Below, one piece after another: positions 6,213 through 16,860 of a DNA stretch of 32,000 nt. The position numbers were made by a program, and so were the translations under genes. The stretch is from positions 90,001 through 122,000 of the forward strand of contig NZ_AP014945.1 of assembly GCF_001548275.1 (NCBI RefSeq), read 5' to 3'. The notes under the pieces were generated by a model that was not told where the DNA came from, made no database searches, and saw nothing but the letters and a program-made list of their open reading frames with translations. This DNA is from Caldimicrobium thiodismutans (lineage in GTDB: Bacteria; Desulfobacterota; Thermodesulfobacteria; Thermodesulfobacteriales; Thermodesulfobacteriaceae). Numbering within the stretch: position 1 is the first letter of the stretch; every line of letters begins with the position of its first letter.

Positions 6213-8365
6213 GGGAGATTAGAATTGCAGTTTGTGGAAACCCCAATACCGGGAAATCTACTCTTATCAATTCTCTTGCAGGAGCAAAGCTTCAGGTAGG
6301 GAACTGGCCAGGGGTTACCGTTGAAAAGAAAGAAGTTTCCTTAAAGGTAGGAGACCATCTTTTGCATTTCATTGACCTTCCTGGAGCCTATAGTCTTACT
6401 CCCTTTTCTCTTGAAGAAAAGATTACCAGAGATTTCCTCTTCACCCAGAGACCTGATGTGATCCTTTGTGTGGTTGATTCTACTAATCTTGAGAGAAATC
6501 TGTTTTTTGTGATTCAGTTAATGGAGCTTGAAATCCCTATGGTGGTTGCCTTAAACATGTATGATGAGGCTAAGAAATTGGGATTTAAGATAAATATTCC
6601 CCTTCTTGAGGAATTGCTGGGCCTAAGGATTGTTCCAACAGTAGCTACAAGGGGTGAGGGAGTGGAAGAATTAAAAAGGGCAGTGCTTGAGGCCTATGAA
6701 GAGGGAAGGCCTCCTAAAAATCTCTTTTATGGGGAAGACCTTGAAGCCATCCTTAAAAACACAAGGACTCATCTTCTCTTCTTTAATCCCGAATTAAAGG
6801 AAGAGGTTCTCACTAAAGGGATCATTTTAAAGGTTCTTGAGGGAGATGAGGAGTTATTAAAAAACCTGGGGATTAAATATGAGAGGAAGCTTCTAAAAAA
6901 TTATTTAGACCATATTGAAAGGGTTCACGGTATGGATTTTGAAAGTTTCCTTACAGATATACGCTATGGGTTGGCTGGTGGGGTTGCCAAACAGGTTCTC
7001 TCAAGACCTGAGGTAAGAAAAATCACCCTAACAGAAAAAATTGACAACATATTATTAAATCGTTACCTGGGAATTCCTCTTTTTCTGCTTATGATGTGGT
7101 TTCTTTTTAAACTTTCCTTTGACATAGCCAATCCCTATGTAGATTTTCTTGATGAAACCATAAATGGGCCTCTTAAAAATTGGGTAAGCTTTGGTTTAGA
7201 GACCCTTCATGCTCCTGAGTGGCTTTCCTCTCTTTTGCTTGATGGTGTGATTGGGGGTGTGGGAATTATCTTTTCTTTTATACCTGTAATTGGAATGATC
7301 ATGCTTTTAATTACCTTTCTTGAAAGTTCTGGTTATATGGCAAGAGCTGCTTTTTTAATGGATAGAATTATGCGAGCCTTTGGGGTTCAAGGTAAATCTT
7401 TCATTCCTATGCTTATGGGTTTTGGTTGTAATGTTCCTTCTGTTTATGCCACAAGAATCCTTGAACAGGAAAAGGAACGAAAACTCACCCTTTTTCTCTT
7501 GCCCTTTATGTCTTGTGGCGCAAGACTTCCTGTCTATGTAGTTTTTATTACAGCCTTCTTTCAAGCCTCATCCGGAACAGTTCTCTTTTTTCTCTATGTC
7601 CTTGGTATAGCGATAGCAATGGCTGTAGGGATTTTAATGCATAAGGTGGTTTATAAAGGAAAGAGCTCACCCTTTGTAATGGAACTTCCCCCCTATAGAT
7701 TCCCTACTCTTAGGGATTTGCGAGTTCATACCTGGATGAAATTGAGACATTTTGTTATCAAAGCAGGAACATGGATCCTCCTGATTAATGTTTTGGTATG
7801 GTGCTTACTTAATCTTCCCTGGAAGCCTGAAAAACCTGAAGATTCTTTACTGGGTAAAGTTGGAGAAAGTTTAGCTCCAGTCTTTAAGCCCCTTGGTTTT
7901 GGAGACTGGCAGAGTGCCTCAAGCCTGATGGCAGGCCTTCTTGCAAAGGAAGTTGTTGTCTCAACTATGGCACAGATCTATGTAGCAAGTGAAGAAGCTC
8001 AAGAGAAAAAAGAGCTTAACCTTCTTTCTGATATAAAGGAAATATCTTTAAATTTCTTTGAAAAAACCCGGGAAGCCCTTTCCAATGTAATTTCTACCTT
8101 TGGTATAGCCACCCTTTCTCCTGAAGTTAAAGAAGAGGAAAAAGGCTTAATTTCTGAACTTCAGAAGCATTTTACACCCCTTTCAGCCTTAAGCTTTATG
8201 GTCTTTGTTCTCCTCTACTGGCCATGCTTTGTGTATGGTATCGCTCTTAAGGCTGAACTTGGCACCTTTAAATTATACGGGCAGGCTATTTTGCTCCACA
8301 GTTTAATTGCCTGGTTTTGCGCTCTTTTGGTGTATCAACTGGGAAAATTATTAGGCTTTTCATAA
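6209..8365 (+). CDS. feoB: Ferrous iron transporter FeoB (G-domain plus membrane domain)
   Basis: GNPNTGKST P-loop, DLPG, NMYD, then a polytopic membrane region. ATGA overlap with the feoA stop. Confidence 0.95.
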   Translation: MREIRIAVCGNPNTGKSTLINSLAGAKLQVGNWPGVTVEKKEVSLKVGDHLLHFIDLPGAYSLTPFSLEEKITRDFLFTQRPDVILCVVDSTNLERNLFFVIQLMELEIPMVVALNMYDEAKKLGFKINIPLLEELLGLRIVPTVATRGEGVEELKRAVLEAYEEGRPPKNLFYGEDLEAILKNTRTHLLFFNPELKEEVLTKGIILKVLEGDEELLKNLGIKYERKLLKNYLDHIERVHGMDFESFLTDIRYGLAGGVAKQVLSRPEVRKITLTEKIDNILLNRYLGIPLFLLMMWFLFKLSFDIANPYVDFLDETINGPLKNWVSFGLETLHAPEWLSSLLLDGVIGGVGIIFSFIPVIGMIMLLITFLESSGYMARAAFLMDRIMRAFGVQGKSFIPMLMGFGCNVPSVYATRILEQEKERKLTLFLLPFMSCGARLPVYVVFITAFFQASSGTVLFFLYVLGIAIAMAVGILMHKVVYKGKSSPFVMELPPYRFPTLRDLRVHTWMKLRHFVIKAGTWILLINVLVWCLLNLPWKPEKPEDSLLGKVGESLAPVFKPLGFGDWQSASSLMAGLLAKEVVVSTMAQIYVASEEAQEKKELNLLSDIKEISLNFFEKTREALSNVISTFGIATLSPEVKEEEKGLISELQKHFTPLSALSFMVFVLLYWPCFVYGIALKAELGTFKLYGQAILLHSLIAWFCALLVYQLGKLLGFS

Positions 8366-8447
8366 TAAAGTTAAAATTTTCACAAAAAATGGCATTAAAT
8401 TTTTAATAGTGTAATATAAGAAATAATCTGCAAGTGGAGGGGAGGCT

Positions 8448-9590
8448 ATGAAGAGGGTTCTGATGGTTTCTACCTTAGTTTTGGGAATAATGTTTTCTTC
8501 AGGTTCTGCTAAGGCCCTTGAGTTAAATGAGAAGGTTTCTCTTGAAGCCAATTTGACCTGGGTTCACCAGTGGCTTGAGCATAGAAAAGGAGATTTTAAG
8601 GACAGGGATAGGGGGTCTTTAGTTCTTGATGGAAGACTAAACTTTAAACCTACAGAGGTTGATGAATTTTCATTAAGGGCAAGTTTTGCCAAAGAAAATG
8701 GCCTTAAAAAGGTAAATCCCTTTGTGCTTTCTCCTAATGCGGATGACCTAAGAGATGACCTTCATAACATTAATGGAAGATCAAGGGATCACCTTCAAGA
8801 GTTGTGGTATAAAAGAACCTTTAATTTACCTGGAAATTTCACCTTTAAGGCAACCCTTGGGATCATTGATGGAACTGCCTTTATTGATGACAATCGCTTT
8901 GCTAATGATGAGATAACTCAGTTTATGAATGAAGCCTTTGTAAATAATCCCCTTGCCAATATTGTGAGTTATGATTATGGTGGAGCCCTTGAATTAGAAA
9001 AAGGACCCTTTCATTTAAGAATTCTTGGGATGCAAAGTAAGACCGAGGAGTCAGAAAATAGTAGATTCCATCGGAAAAACTATAATTATTATGCCCTTCA
9101 GCTTGGTTATAAACTTGAATCAGCTCTTGGAGAGGGAAACTATAGAATCTATGGATTTACAACCAGTAAAAAATTTCCCGACTGGGAGGAAGAAAACAAA
9201 AAGGCCCGAAAGGGATGGGGAGTCTCCTTTGATCAGGATATTATAAAGGAAAGACTGGGAATTTTCCTCAGGGCAGGTTTTCAAGATGATTCAGCAAGGG
9301 TGGATTATAAGAATATGTATTCCCTTGGACTTGAGTATAAATGCAAGGTCTTTAATAGGGCTCTTACCTTTGGGGCAGGATACGCCTACCTAAAAGCCCC
9401 TTCTAAGCATGAAGAATTAAGATCCACAAAAGCCTTTGAGGCCTATCTTGCCCTTCCCATTTATGAAGTAGAGAAAAAATTTACTTCAACTTTTACTCTT
9501 GATTGGCAGTATATGAAAGATGATTTGAAGGAAGATCTTGAGGATCGGAGAGGTCATATCTTTGGCTTAAGAGTAAATTTTGGGTTTTAA
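8448..9590 (+). CDS. Outer-membrane beta-barrel porin (putative)
   Basis: Signal peptide ending SAKA. Alternating beta-strand pattern and a C-terminal LRVNFGF with terminal Phe. Confidence 0.6.
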   Translation: MKRVLMVSTLVLGIMFSSGSAKALELNEKVSLEANLTWVHQWLEHRKGDFKDRDRGSLVLDGRLNFKPTEVDEFSLRASFAKENGLKKVNPFVLSPNADDLRDDLHNINGRSRDHLQELWYKRTFNLPGNFTFKATLGIIDGTAFIDDNRFANDEITQFMNEAFVNNPLANIVSYDYGGALELEKGPFHLRILGMQSKTEESENSRFHRKNYNYYALQLGYKLESALGEGNYRIYGFTTSKKFPDWEEENKKARKGWGVSFDQDIIKERLGIFLRAGFQDDSARVDYKNMYSLGLEYKCKVFNRALTFGAGYAYLKAPSKHEELRSTKAFEAYLALPIYEVEKKFTSTFTLDWQYMKDDLKEDLEDRRGHIFGLRVNFGF

Positions 9591-10027
9591 AAGAGTCTAA
9601 TGTGCTTGGGTTTTTTTAACTTTTATGTTCAAATTTTTTCAAGGATAGGGGAAAGGATAAAGGGAGTCCTTTCCCGCAGGTGTTCAGAGTTTTATGATTT
9701 TAATACAAGGCAAAAATTTCTGGCAAAAGCAAAATAAAGCCTCTCTTCTCAAAGATCATCTTTCAAAAAAGTAAGAGGGATTTTTTGGTTTTAATATTTA
9801 TTTTTTTAATATTTAATTTTTTCCCAGGTATGAGATTGAACTTATGCTTGAAAAACACATTTTGGATTTGCTGATGGTATAAAGCTTTTACACTATAAAT
9901 ATCTATCAGAGCAGAGATACAAATTTGTAACTTTTGACATTTTTGTGCTCTTTTTTTTTGAATATCTCCTGATATATTAAAGATTTGGAGGGCCTTTTTT
10001 GGGTATAAATTTTGTTAAGAGTTTTAC

Positions 10028-11728
10028 ATGTATTTAAATATCGGGATTGGGCAGATTAATCCAAAGGTTGGGGATCTTTCTGGTAATTTTGAAAAGATAC
10101 TGAAGGCTTGGAAAGAGCTGGATAAGAGTTCACACCTTGTCTGTTTTCCTGAGCTTGCCTTAACAGGTTATCCCCCAGAGGATCTCCTTTTAAGAAGAGA
10201 CTTTCTTTCAGATTGTAAGAAATATCTGGATAATCTACTTAAGAAAAGTAAGGATTTAACCTCTCCCTGTTTAATTGGAATTCCCCTTTATAAGGGAGAT
10301 CTCTATAATGCAGCTTTTCTTCTTTACAAGGGAGAGATTGTAGGAGCGTATTACAAGCGATATCTTCCTCAATATGGAGTCTTTGATGAAAAGCGCTATT
10401 TTAAAAAAGGGGATAATCTTCTTTTCTTTGCGGTAAATGGCTTTAATATCGGGGTTTCAATCTGTGAAGATATCTGGTATCCCTCGGGTGTAGAGAGAAT
10501 CTATGCCTTGGCAGGAGCTGATGTTATTGTTAGTCTTAATGCCTCTCCTTATCATAAAGGAAAATATGAATTCAAAGAAAATTTACTTAAAGCCAGAGCT
10601 GAAGATAATCAATGTTATGTGGTTTATGTGAATATGGTTGGTGGACAGGATGAGCTAATTCTTGATGGAAGGTCACTTGTTATCTCACCTGAAGGTAAAA
10701 TTATAGCAAGAGCAAAGGTCTTTGAAGAAGATCTATTAGTAATTAGCATAGAAAAGAAAAAAGTTTGCTCAGGTAGGCTCCTTGAACCCCGTCTTAGAGA
10801 AGAGTCGTCAAGTGAGATACCCTTTGTTAAAGGAATAGGTATTAAAAAAGAGCTCCCCTTTTTTGAAGGAAAGGTCTTTAAAAATCCTGAAGAAGAGGAA
10901 GAGATTTATCTGGCTTTAAAACTTGCTTTAAAGGATTATTTTTACAAAAATGGCTTCAAAGGGGTTATACTCGGGCTTTCAGGAGGTATTGATTCTTCCT
11001 TAACAGCTGTTCTTGCAGTTGATGCCCTTGGAAAGGAAAAAGTAAAAGCCCTTTTTATGCCAAGTGAATTTACTTCAAGGGAGTCCTTTGAGGATACAAG
11101 GGAACTTGCTAAAAACTTAGGAATTCCTCTTATTGAAATTCCCATTACTGAAATCTTTCATAGTTATAGAGAAACTATCAAAAAAACCCTTGGTTTTGAA
11201 GATTTTACTGTAGCTGAGGAAAACCTCCAGGCAAGAATCAGAGCCAATCTCCTCTTTTATCTTTCCAATCGGGAAGGTCTGCTTGTTCTTTCAACCTCTA
11301 ATAAGAGTGAGTCTGCAACAGGTTATACCACCATTTATGGAGATATGGCAGGAGGCTTTGCGCCTCTAAAAGATGTATATAAAACCCTTGTTTACAGGCT
11401 TGCCCGTTATAGAAATTCCTTAGATCCGGTGATTCCAGAAAGGATTTTTAAGAAAGCCCCCTCTGCAGAGCTGAGACCTGGTCAGAGGGATGAGGACACT
11501 CTTCCTCCATATGAAATCCTTGATGAAATTCTCAAGCTCTACTTAGAAGAGGGCCTCACCCCTTCTGAAATCATAGAAAGAGGCTTTGAGGAGAAAACGG
11601 TTAACAGGGTTTTTCATATGCTAAAAATAGCTGAATATAAGAGAAAACAGGCTCCCCTTGGGCCAAAGATAACCAGAAGGGCCCTTGGAAAGGATTACCG
11701 AATGCCTGTGACCAATGGTTATTTATGA
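10028..11728 (+). CDS. nadE: Glutamine-dependent NAD+ synthetase (nitrilase domain plus NAD synthetase domain)
   Basis: N-terminal CN-hydrolase domain (FPELALTGYPPEDLL, ICEDIW). C-terminal PP-loop LGLSGGIDSS and SELRPGQ.DED.LPPY. Confidence 0.92.
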   Translation: MYLNIGIGQINPKVGDLSGNFEKILKAWKELDKSSHLVCFPELALTGYPPEDLLLRRDFLSDCKKYLDNLLKKSKDLTSPCLIGIPLYKGDLYNAAFLLYKGEIVGAYYKRYLPQYGVFDEKRYFKKGDNLLFFAVNGFNIGVSICEDIWYPSGVERIYALAGADVIVSLNASPYHKGKYEFKENLLKARAEDNQCYVVYVNMVGGQDELILDGRSLVISPEGKIIARAKVFEEDLLVISIEKKKVCSGRLLEPRLREESSSEIPFVKGIGIKKELPFFEGKVFKNPEEEEEIYLALKLALKDYFYKNGFKGVILGLSGGIDSSLTAVLAVDALGKEKVKALFMPSEFTSRESFEDTRELAKNLGIPLIEIPITEIFHSYRETIKKTLGFEDFTVAEENLQARIRANLLFYLSNREGLLVLSTSNKSESATGYTTIYGDMAGGFAPLKDVYKTLVYRLARYRNSLDPVIPERIFKKAPSAELRPGQRDEDTLPPYEILDEILKLYLEEGLTPSEIIERGFEEKTVNRVFHMLKIAEYKRKQAPLGPKITRRALGKDYRMPVTNGYL

Positions 11729-11823
11729 GAGCGCAAGCAGGGATAATAAAGATCGGGAAAAGATTTTCTGCCCGCAGGAAGGCTTAAAAAGTAGAAAAGA
11801 TTAAGAGGGGGAGGGAGCATTTT

Positions 11824-12510
11824 ATGAAAATTTTAGCGATAAGACATGTGGAAATTGAGCATCTTTCTGCCTTTGAAGGAATATTAAAGAACCTGGGGAT
11901 TGAATGGACCTATCTTGATACTCCTAAAGGAGAGCGACTGTTTCAGCCTCTTGAAGAATATATGGCCCTTTTTGTGCTTGGAGGATATATGGGGGCTTAT
12001 GAAGAGGATAAATATGATTTTTTAGCCTATGAATTTAAGCTCATGGAGGCCGCTTTAAAAAGGGATATTCCTGTTCTTGGGATCTGTCTTGGGGCCCAGA
12101 TGCTTGCCAAAGTGCTTGGTGCAAAGGTTTATCCTGGAGACAGGGGAAAAGAGATAGGCTGGATGGAGGTTATAAAAACTGGGGATCATCCCTATTTTTC
12201 AGATTTTCCTGAAAGATTAAAGGTTTTTCAATGGCATGGAGATACCTTTGATCTTCCAGGCGGAGCAGAAAGGGTTTTTTCTTCAGAAAAATATGAAAAT
12301 CAAGGCTTTGTTTATGGAAAAAGTGTTGGGCTCCAATTTCACCTTGAAGTGGATAAAGAACTTGCCCTTACCTGGAAAGAGGTTTATAAAGAAGAGATCT
12401 TCAGAGAGGGTATTGATTATCAAGTTTTTTCTGCTATCTCCGAGTCAGAAGAGAAATTATTAAAACAGATTAGTTTTAATTTTTTAAAAAGATTTCTTGG
12501 TGGAATTTAA
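11824..12510 (+). CDS. Class I glutamine amidotransferase (GuaA-N-like, stand-alone)
   Basis: Nucleophile elbow LGICLGAQ, and QWHGD / QFHLE near the C-terminus. Confidence 0.8.
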   Translation: MKILAIRHVEIEHLSAFEGILKNLGIEWTYLDTPKGERLFQPLEEYMALFVLGGYMGAYEEDKYDFLAYEFKLMEAALKRDIPVLGICLGAQMLAKVLGAKVYPGDRGKEIGWMEVIKTGDHPYFSDFPERLKVFQWHGDTFDLPGGAERVFSSEKYENQGFVYGKSVGLQFHLEVDKELALTWKEVYKEEIFREGIDYQVFSAISESEEKLLKQISFNFLKRFLGGI

Positions 12511-12511
12511 A

Positions 12512-15500
12512 TCAATGTTTTGTTGCCACTTCCTTTAAGCGAAGCTTTAATTTCAATAAATAATAATAGAATAAAGGAACATAGATCAAGGTTAAAAAGC
12601 TCCCAAAAATAAGGCCTCCAATAGCAACGGTGCCAAGGGGGGCTAAGCGTTCAAGTCCTAAGGCCCATCCCAAAGCAATAGGAATCATACCTACAGCTGT
12701 TCCGAAGGCAGTCATTAAAACAGGTCTCGTTCTTATATTAATACTTTCAAGAATGGCCCTTTCTAAGGTTTTTCCTTCTTTAATAGCCATATCAATGAAA
12801 TCAATAAGCAAAATAGAGTTTTTGGTAATTATTCCAGCTAAAAGGATTGTTCCCATTAATCCAGGCATAGACTGATGATATCCCATAGCAAGAATAGACC
12901 AGGCAGACCCGATAAGGGAAAGAGGAATAGCCACAATCACAGCAACAGGTGCAAGAAAGGATCTAAAGGCAGGAGCAAGAGTAAAGAAAAGTAAAAGCAT
13001 ACCAAGCAAAAGGGCTTTAACAATTCTCAAGATGGTATCCATCATCATTTTGACATCTCCTTCTTGCGATAAAGAATAACCTGCCGGAAGTTTAAATTTT
13101 GCCTTTTGAAGAACTTCAGTAAAACTATTCATAATGTGAGATATAGCAGTTGTTTCCCGATAACCTATTATGTCTAAAGTATATTTTAGACCCTGTCTGG
13201 TGATAATAGTAGGCTCTTTTTGTTTTTCTATCTCGCTAATAGCCAAAAGAGGAATCTTTCCTCGGGGAGAATCGAGATATAGAGAATTTAAATCAAGGAT
13301 ATCACTTCTTTGCTCTTTTCTATAAACAAATCTAATTTTTAGACTATTTTCATTGGATACATTAAAATATGAAATAGGTATCCCTCTAATCTTAGCAGTA
13401 AGTTGAGCTACAATATTATAAGGTGTGAGTCCATAAAAAAGTGCTTTTTGATTGTCAATTTTAAGATTATAAACCTCTTTATCCATATCCCATTTTCTGG
13501 AAACCGAAACCAGCCCTTTAGTTTGATAGGCTAAATTGAGAAGACTCTGTCCTAATTTATCCAGTTCTTCTAAACTATCTCCACTGAGCATAGCATCAAG
13601 ATTTCCTCTAATGGTTGAAAGAGGAGTAGCACCATAGTCAAATATATGGACATATTTTAAATTTGGAATTTGCCAAATTTTCTCTCTTAATTCTTTTTCT
13701 ATTTCCCAAATATTTTTCTTCCTATGAAATCTATCTATGTAATGAATGGTTAGATTAATAGTTTGAGGGTTCTCTGCCTCTCCCATTGTAAAAATACCTG
13801 GTTCTGAGCCAACACCTATAGAATACATTATTACTCTTTTGTCCTGAGTTAATATTTTAGAGATACTTTGAACAATTTTTTCCATTTCTTCTATGGAAAG
13901 ATTGCTGTCTGCAGTAATACTACCTTTTACAATTCCTGTATCCATTGGTGGCATTATTTCTCTACCAACAGTCGGAATAATTATGCGTAAGGAAATTATA
14001 AACATCATTACAGCAAATAGAAATAAAGGCAAAGATAGTTTTTTATTTTGAAATATAAAGGCAATAATGTCTATATAAATATTTTTTAAAGGTATAAGTA
14101 AGCTTTCAGAAAATTTGTAAAGCGTTTCTTCTATTTTGTTTTTGGTCCCCTTCTTTTTTAATAAATAAGGAGCAATAAGAGGAATAAAGGTAATAGAGAT
14201 AAAGTAAGAAACAATTACAGCAATGAGAAGGGTGGTGGCAAGCGGGCGAAAAATTTTTTGAGGATAATCTCCTACAAAGAGAATAGGAATAAGAACTACA
14301 GCGGTAGCAATTGTTCCAGCAAGGACTGCAAACATAACTTCTCTTGTGCCATTAAGAACAGCCTCCTTTGCCGGTTCTTTGAGTTCATGCAAGTGCCTCT
14401 CAATATTTTCTAAAACAACCACTGCATCATCAATTAACATTCCTAAAGCCAGGATTATCCCTGAAAGAGTAACAATATTAAATTCCAAACCAATAAACCA
14501 CATTATAGCTATAGTTGTCAGATATACAAAAGGAATAGAGAGAGAAGCTATTAACATCTGCCTAAAATTGGCAAGGAAGAAGAGTATTACAAGTGAGGTC
14601 ATAATGATGGCATCTCGTAAGGCCTCAAGCATATTCAAATTACTGAGATGAATTATTCTTTCTTGAGAGTCTGCGATCTCAAACCGTAGAGCAGGAAATT
14701 CTTTTTCTAACTGGGGAATAAGGTCCTTTACCTTTTTTATAGTGCGAAGTGTATCTCCTGTAAGCTGTCTTTGAATGGCAAGAGCAATAGCTTTTTTACC
14801 ATTTCCATAATAAAGAGAAGTATTAGTGTAATAATCATATTTAATTGTAGCAATATCTTTGAGTTTAATATTATTGAAAATATAAATATTTTTAATCTCA
14901 TCAAGAGTTTTTCCTTTATTTAGAGACTTTATAAGAATAGAGTTAGCAGTATTGGAAATAAATCCAATAGGTGCATCTAAATTGGTTTCCTGAATCTTTG
15001 TAATAACATCAGAAAGCCTAAGATTATATTGATTGAGTTTATCTCTATCAATTTCGATAAAAACCTCTTTAATATAGCCTCCGAAGACATCCACATTGGA
15101 AACCTCTGGTAAGGAAAGAAAATAATTTTTGATTTGATTTTCTGCTATTTGACGAACATCAGCAAGAGAAAGGGATGGATCCTTAGGAGAGACGGAAATA
15201 ACTATAACAGGAGGGGTTGCGTCTGTAATTTTATAGATTTGAGGCTCCTGAATGTCCTTAGGAAGAAAAGGTCTGATTTTAGAAAGTTCATTTTGAACCT
15301 CAGTTGCGGCAGTATTTATATCTTTTTCATATTCGAATTCAACTTTTATTACTGAAACTTCATCTTTACTAGTTGATTCAACTTTCCTAACAAGGCCAAG
15401 GGTATGAAGTTGTTTTTCAATAGGTATAGCAATATTTTCAGCCATATCTTTGGCAGAGGCTCCCGGTTCTATAACTACTACAGCAATTTGAGGCCTATTA

Positions 15501-15643
15501 GCATCTGGAAAGAGCTTTTGATACATATTCTTTATGGCTATCATCCCAAGAAGAGAAAAAGCAAGAATTATAGCCAAAATAAAATGCGGCCTTGTAAGCA
15601 CAAATTTGAGAAGTCCCTTTTTATTCGGCTCTTTAGTTTCCAT
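12512..15643 (-). CDS. RND efflux transporter permease (AcrB/CzcA superfamily)
   Basis: 1043 aa with 12-TM RND architecture and two large periplasmic loops. Third gene of the OMP-MFP-RND operon. Confidence 0.9.
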   Translation of the reverse strand: METKEPNKKGLLKFVLTRPHFILAIILAFSLLGMIAIKNMYQKLFPDANRPQIAVVVIEPGASAKDMAENIAIPIEKQLHTLGLVRKVESTSKDEVSVIKVEFEYEKDINTAATEVQNELSKIRPFLPKDIQEPQIYKITDATPPVIVISVSPKDPSLSLADVRQIAENQIKNYFLSLPEVSNVDVFGGYIKEVFIEIDRDKLNQYNLRLSDVITKIQETNLDAPIGFISNTANSILIKSLNKGKTLDEIKNIYIFNNIKLKDIATIKYDYYTNTSLYYGNGKKAIALAIQRQLTGDTLRTIKKVKDLIPQLEKEFPALRFEIADSQERIIHLSNLNMLEALRDAIIMTSLVILFFLANFRQMLIASLSIPFVYLTTIAIMWFIGLEFNIVTLSGIILALGMLIDDAVVVLENIERHLHELKEPAKEAVLNGTREVMFAVLAGTIATAVVLIPILFVGDYPQKIFRPLATTLLIAVIVSYFISITFIPLIAPYLLKKKGTKNKIEETLYKFSESLLIPLKNIYIDIIAFIFQNKKLSLPLFLFAVMMFIISLRIIIPTVGREIMPPMDTGIVKGSITADSNLSIEEMEKIVQSISKILTQDKRVIMYSIGVGSEPGIFTMGEAENPQTINLTIHYIDRFHRKKNIWEIEKELREKIWQIPNLKYVHIFDYGATPLSTIRGNLDAMLSGDSLEELDKLGQSLLNLAYQTKGLVSVSRKWDMDKEVYNLKIDNQKALFYGLTPYNIVAQLTAKIRGIPISYFNVSNENSLKIRFVYRKEQRSDILDLNSLYLDSPRGKIPLLAISEIEKQKEPTIITRQGLKYTLDIIGYRETTAISHIMNSFTEVLQKAKFKLPAGYSLSQEGDVKMMMDTILRIVKALLLGMLLLFFTLAPAFRSFLAPVAVIVAIPLSLIGSAWSILAMGYHQSMPGLMGTILLAGIITKNSILLIDFIDMAIKEGKTLERAILESINIRTRPVLMTAFGTAVGMIPIALGWALGLERLAPLGTVAIGGLIFGSFLTLIYVPLFYYYLLKLKLRLKEVATKH

Positions 15644-15659
15644 TTTCGTTACCCATTAA

Positions 15660-16850
15660 TTAGTCTTTGTTTAATAAAAATTTCCCTTTTTTACCAAGGG
15701 AGAGAAGTCTCAGTTTATCTTCCGAGCCAATGGCTACAGGGGTCCCTTCGGTGAGGTTTCCTTCTATTGCAGCCAGAAATTTATCCTGTGCAAGCACTTT
15801 AACAGGTATCTTTGAAAAATATCCCTCCTTATTAAGGGTTAAAACAAAGGTGCCATTGGTAAGATTAAGAAGGGCTGTCTTTGGAACAACAAGGCCATCA
15901 ACTATTTTGAGAGGTATATCTATATAAACAAGTGAATTAGAGGGAAATTTATCTGGAGCTCTATCAATCAATACCTCTGCAACCGCAAGGGAGTTATCAT
16001 TAGCTGAAGGATAGATCTTATGTATTTGATAAGCTCTTTGGATGCCATCAAAAGAGACTGAAACAGGAGATCCCTCTCGGAGGTCTTTTATATATTTTAA
16101 AGGAAAAGTAAAGATTATCTTTTTCTGTATAGATTCAACTTTTAGAATGGTAGCACCCGGCATAGCGAGATTTCCCTCTCGGAGGGTTACATTAGAAACA
16201 TATCCTTCAATAGGACTAACAATGTTTAGATAGCGAAGATCATGTGTTTTCTGAGCAATTTCCCTTTTAAGAGCCTTAATTTTTTCTTTTGCTGAATTTA
16301 TCTGAGCTATTAAGGATTCTACACGGGCTTTGGCATTCTCATAATTGGTCTTAGATTTCAAATATTGCATTTCCGCAATAGCTTTGACCTCATAAAGTTT
16401 TTTATCCCTTAAAAAGTTTTCTTTTTCATATGACAAATTGGACTGTGCACCCTGGAGTTCGGAACTTAAGCTTTCTACTTGGTGCTCAAGGGAGACCTCA
16501 TTATAACGGAGATTTTCAATGGCAAGCATAACAGGTTGAGCATCTATTTTAACCAGTAATTGTCCCCTTTTTACCTGATCACCCTCATTTACAAAGACCT
16601 TTTCAATATACCCCTGAAGTTTAGTAGAGATGGAGACCTCATTTACAGGTAAAAATTTTCCAAGGAATTGAACATTCTCTGTGACCCTTCCTTTTTGAAC
16701 CTTTATTCCCTCTACAGTATATATAGGCTCTTGAGGAGGGGGAATTTTAGCTATTTCTCTTTTTCTCTTTAATAAAAGAGTAATTCCACTCAAAATTAAA
16801 AAAACAATTACAATAAAACTTATAATTTTCTTTTTATTTAGTCCCTTCAT
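15660..16850 (-). CDS. Efflux RND periplasmic adaptor (membrane fusion protein, HlyD family)
   Basis: N-terminal anchor, long coiled-coil region and beta-barrel C-terminus. Operon context. Confidence 0.85.
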   Translation of the reverse strand: MKGLNKKKIISFIVIVFLILSGITLLLKRKREIAKIPPPQEPIYTVEGIKVQKGRVTENVQFLGKFLPVNEVSISTKLQGYIEKVFVNEGDQVKRGQLLVKIDAQPVMLAIENLRYNEVSLEHQVESLSSELQGAQSNLSYEKENFLRDKKLYEVKAIAEMQYLKSKTNYENAKARVESLIAQINSAKEKIKALKREIAQKTHDLRYLNIVSPIEGYVSNVTLREGNLAMPGATILKVESIQKKIIFTFPLKYIKDLREGSPVSVSFDGIQRAYQIHKIYPSANDNSLAVAEVLIDRAPDKFPSNSLVYIDIPLKIVDGLVVPKTALLNLTNGTFVLTLNKEGYFSKIPVKVLAQDKFLAAIEGNLTEGTPVAIGSEDKLRLLSLGKKGKFLLNKD

Positions 16851-16860
16851 AGTTTTACCC

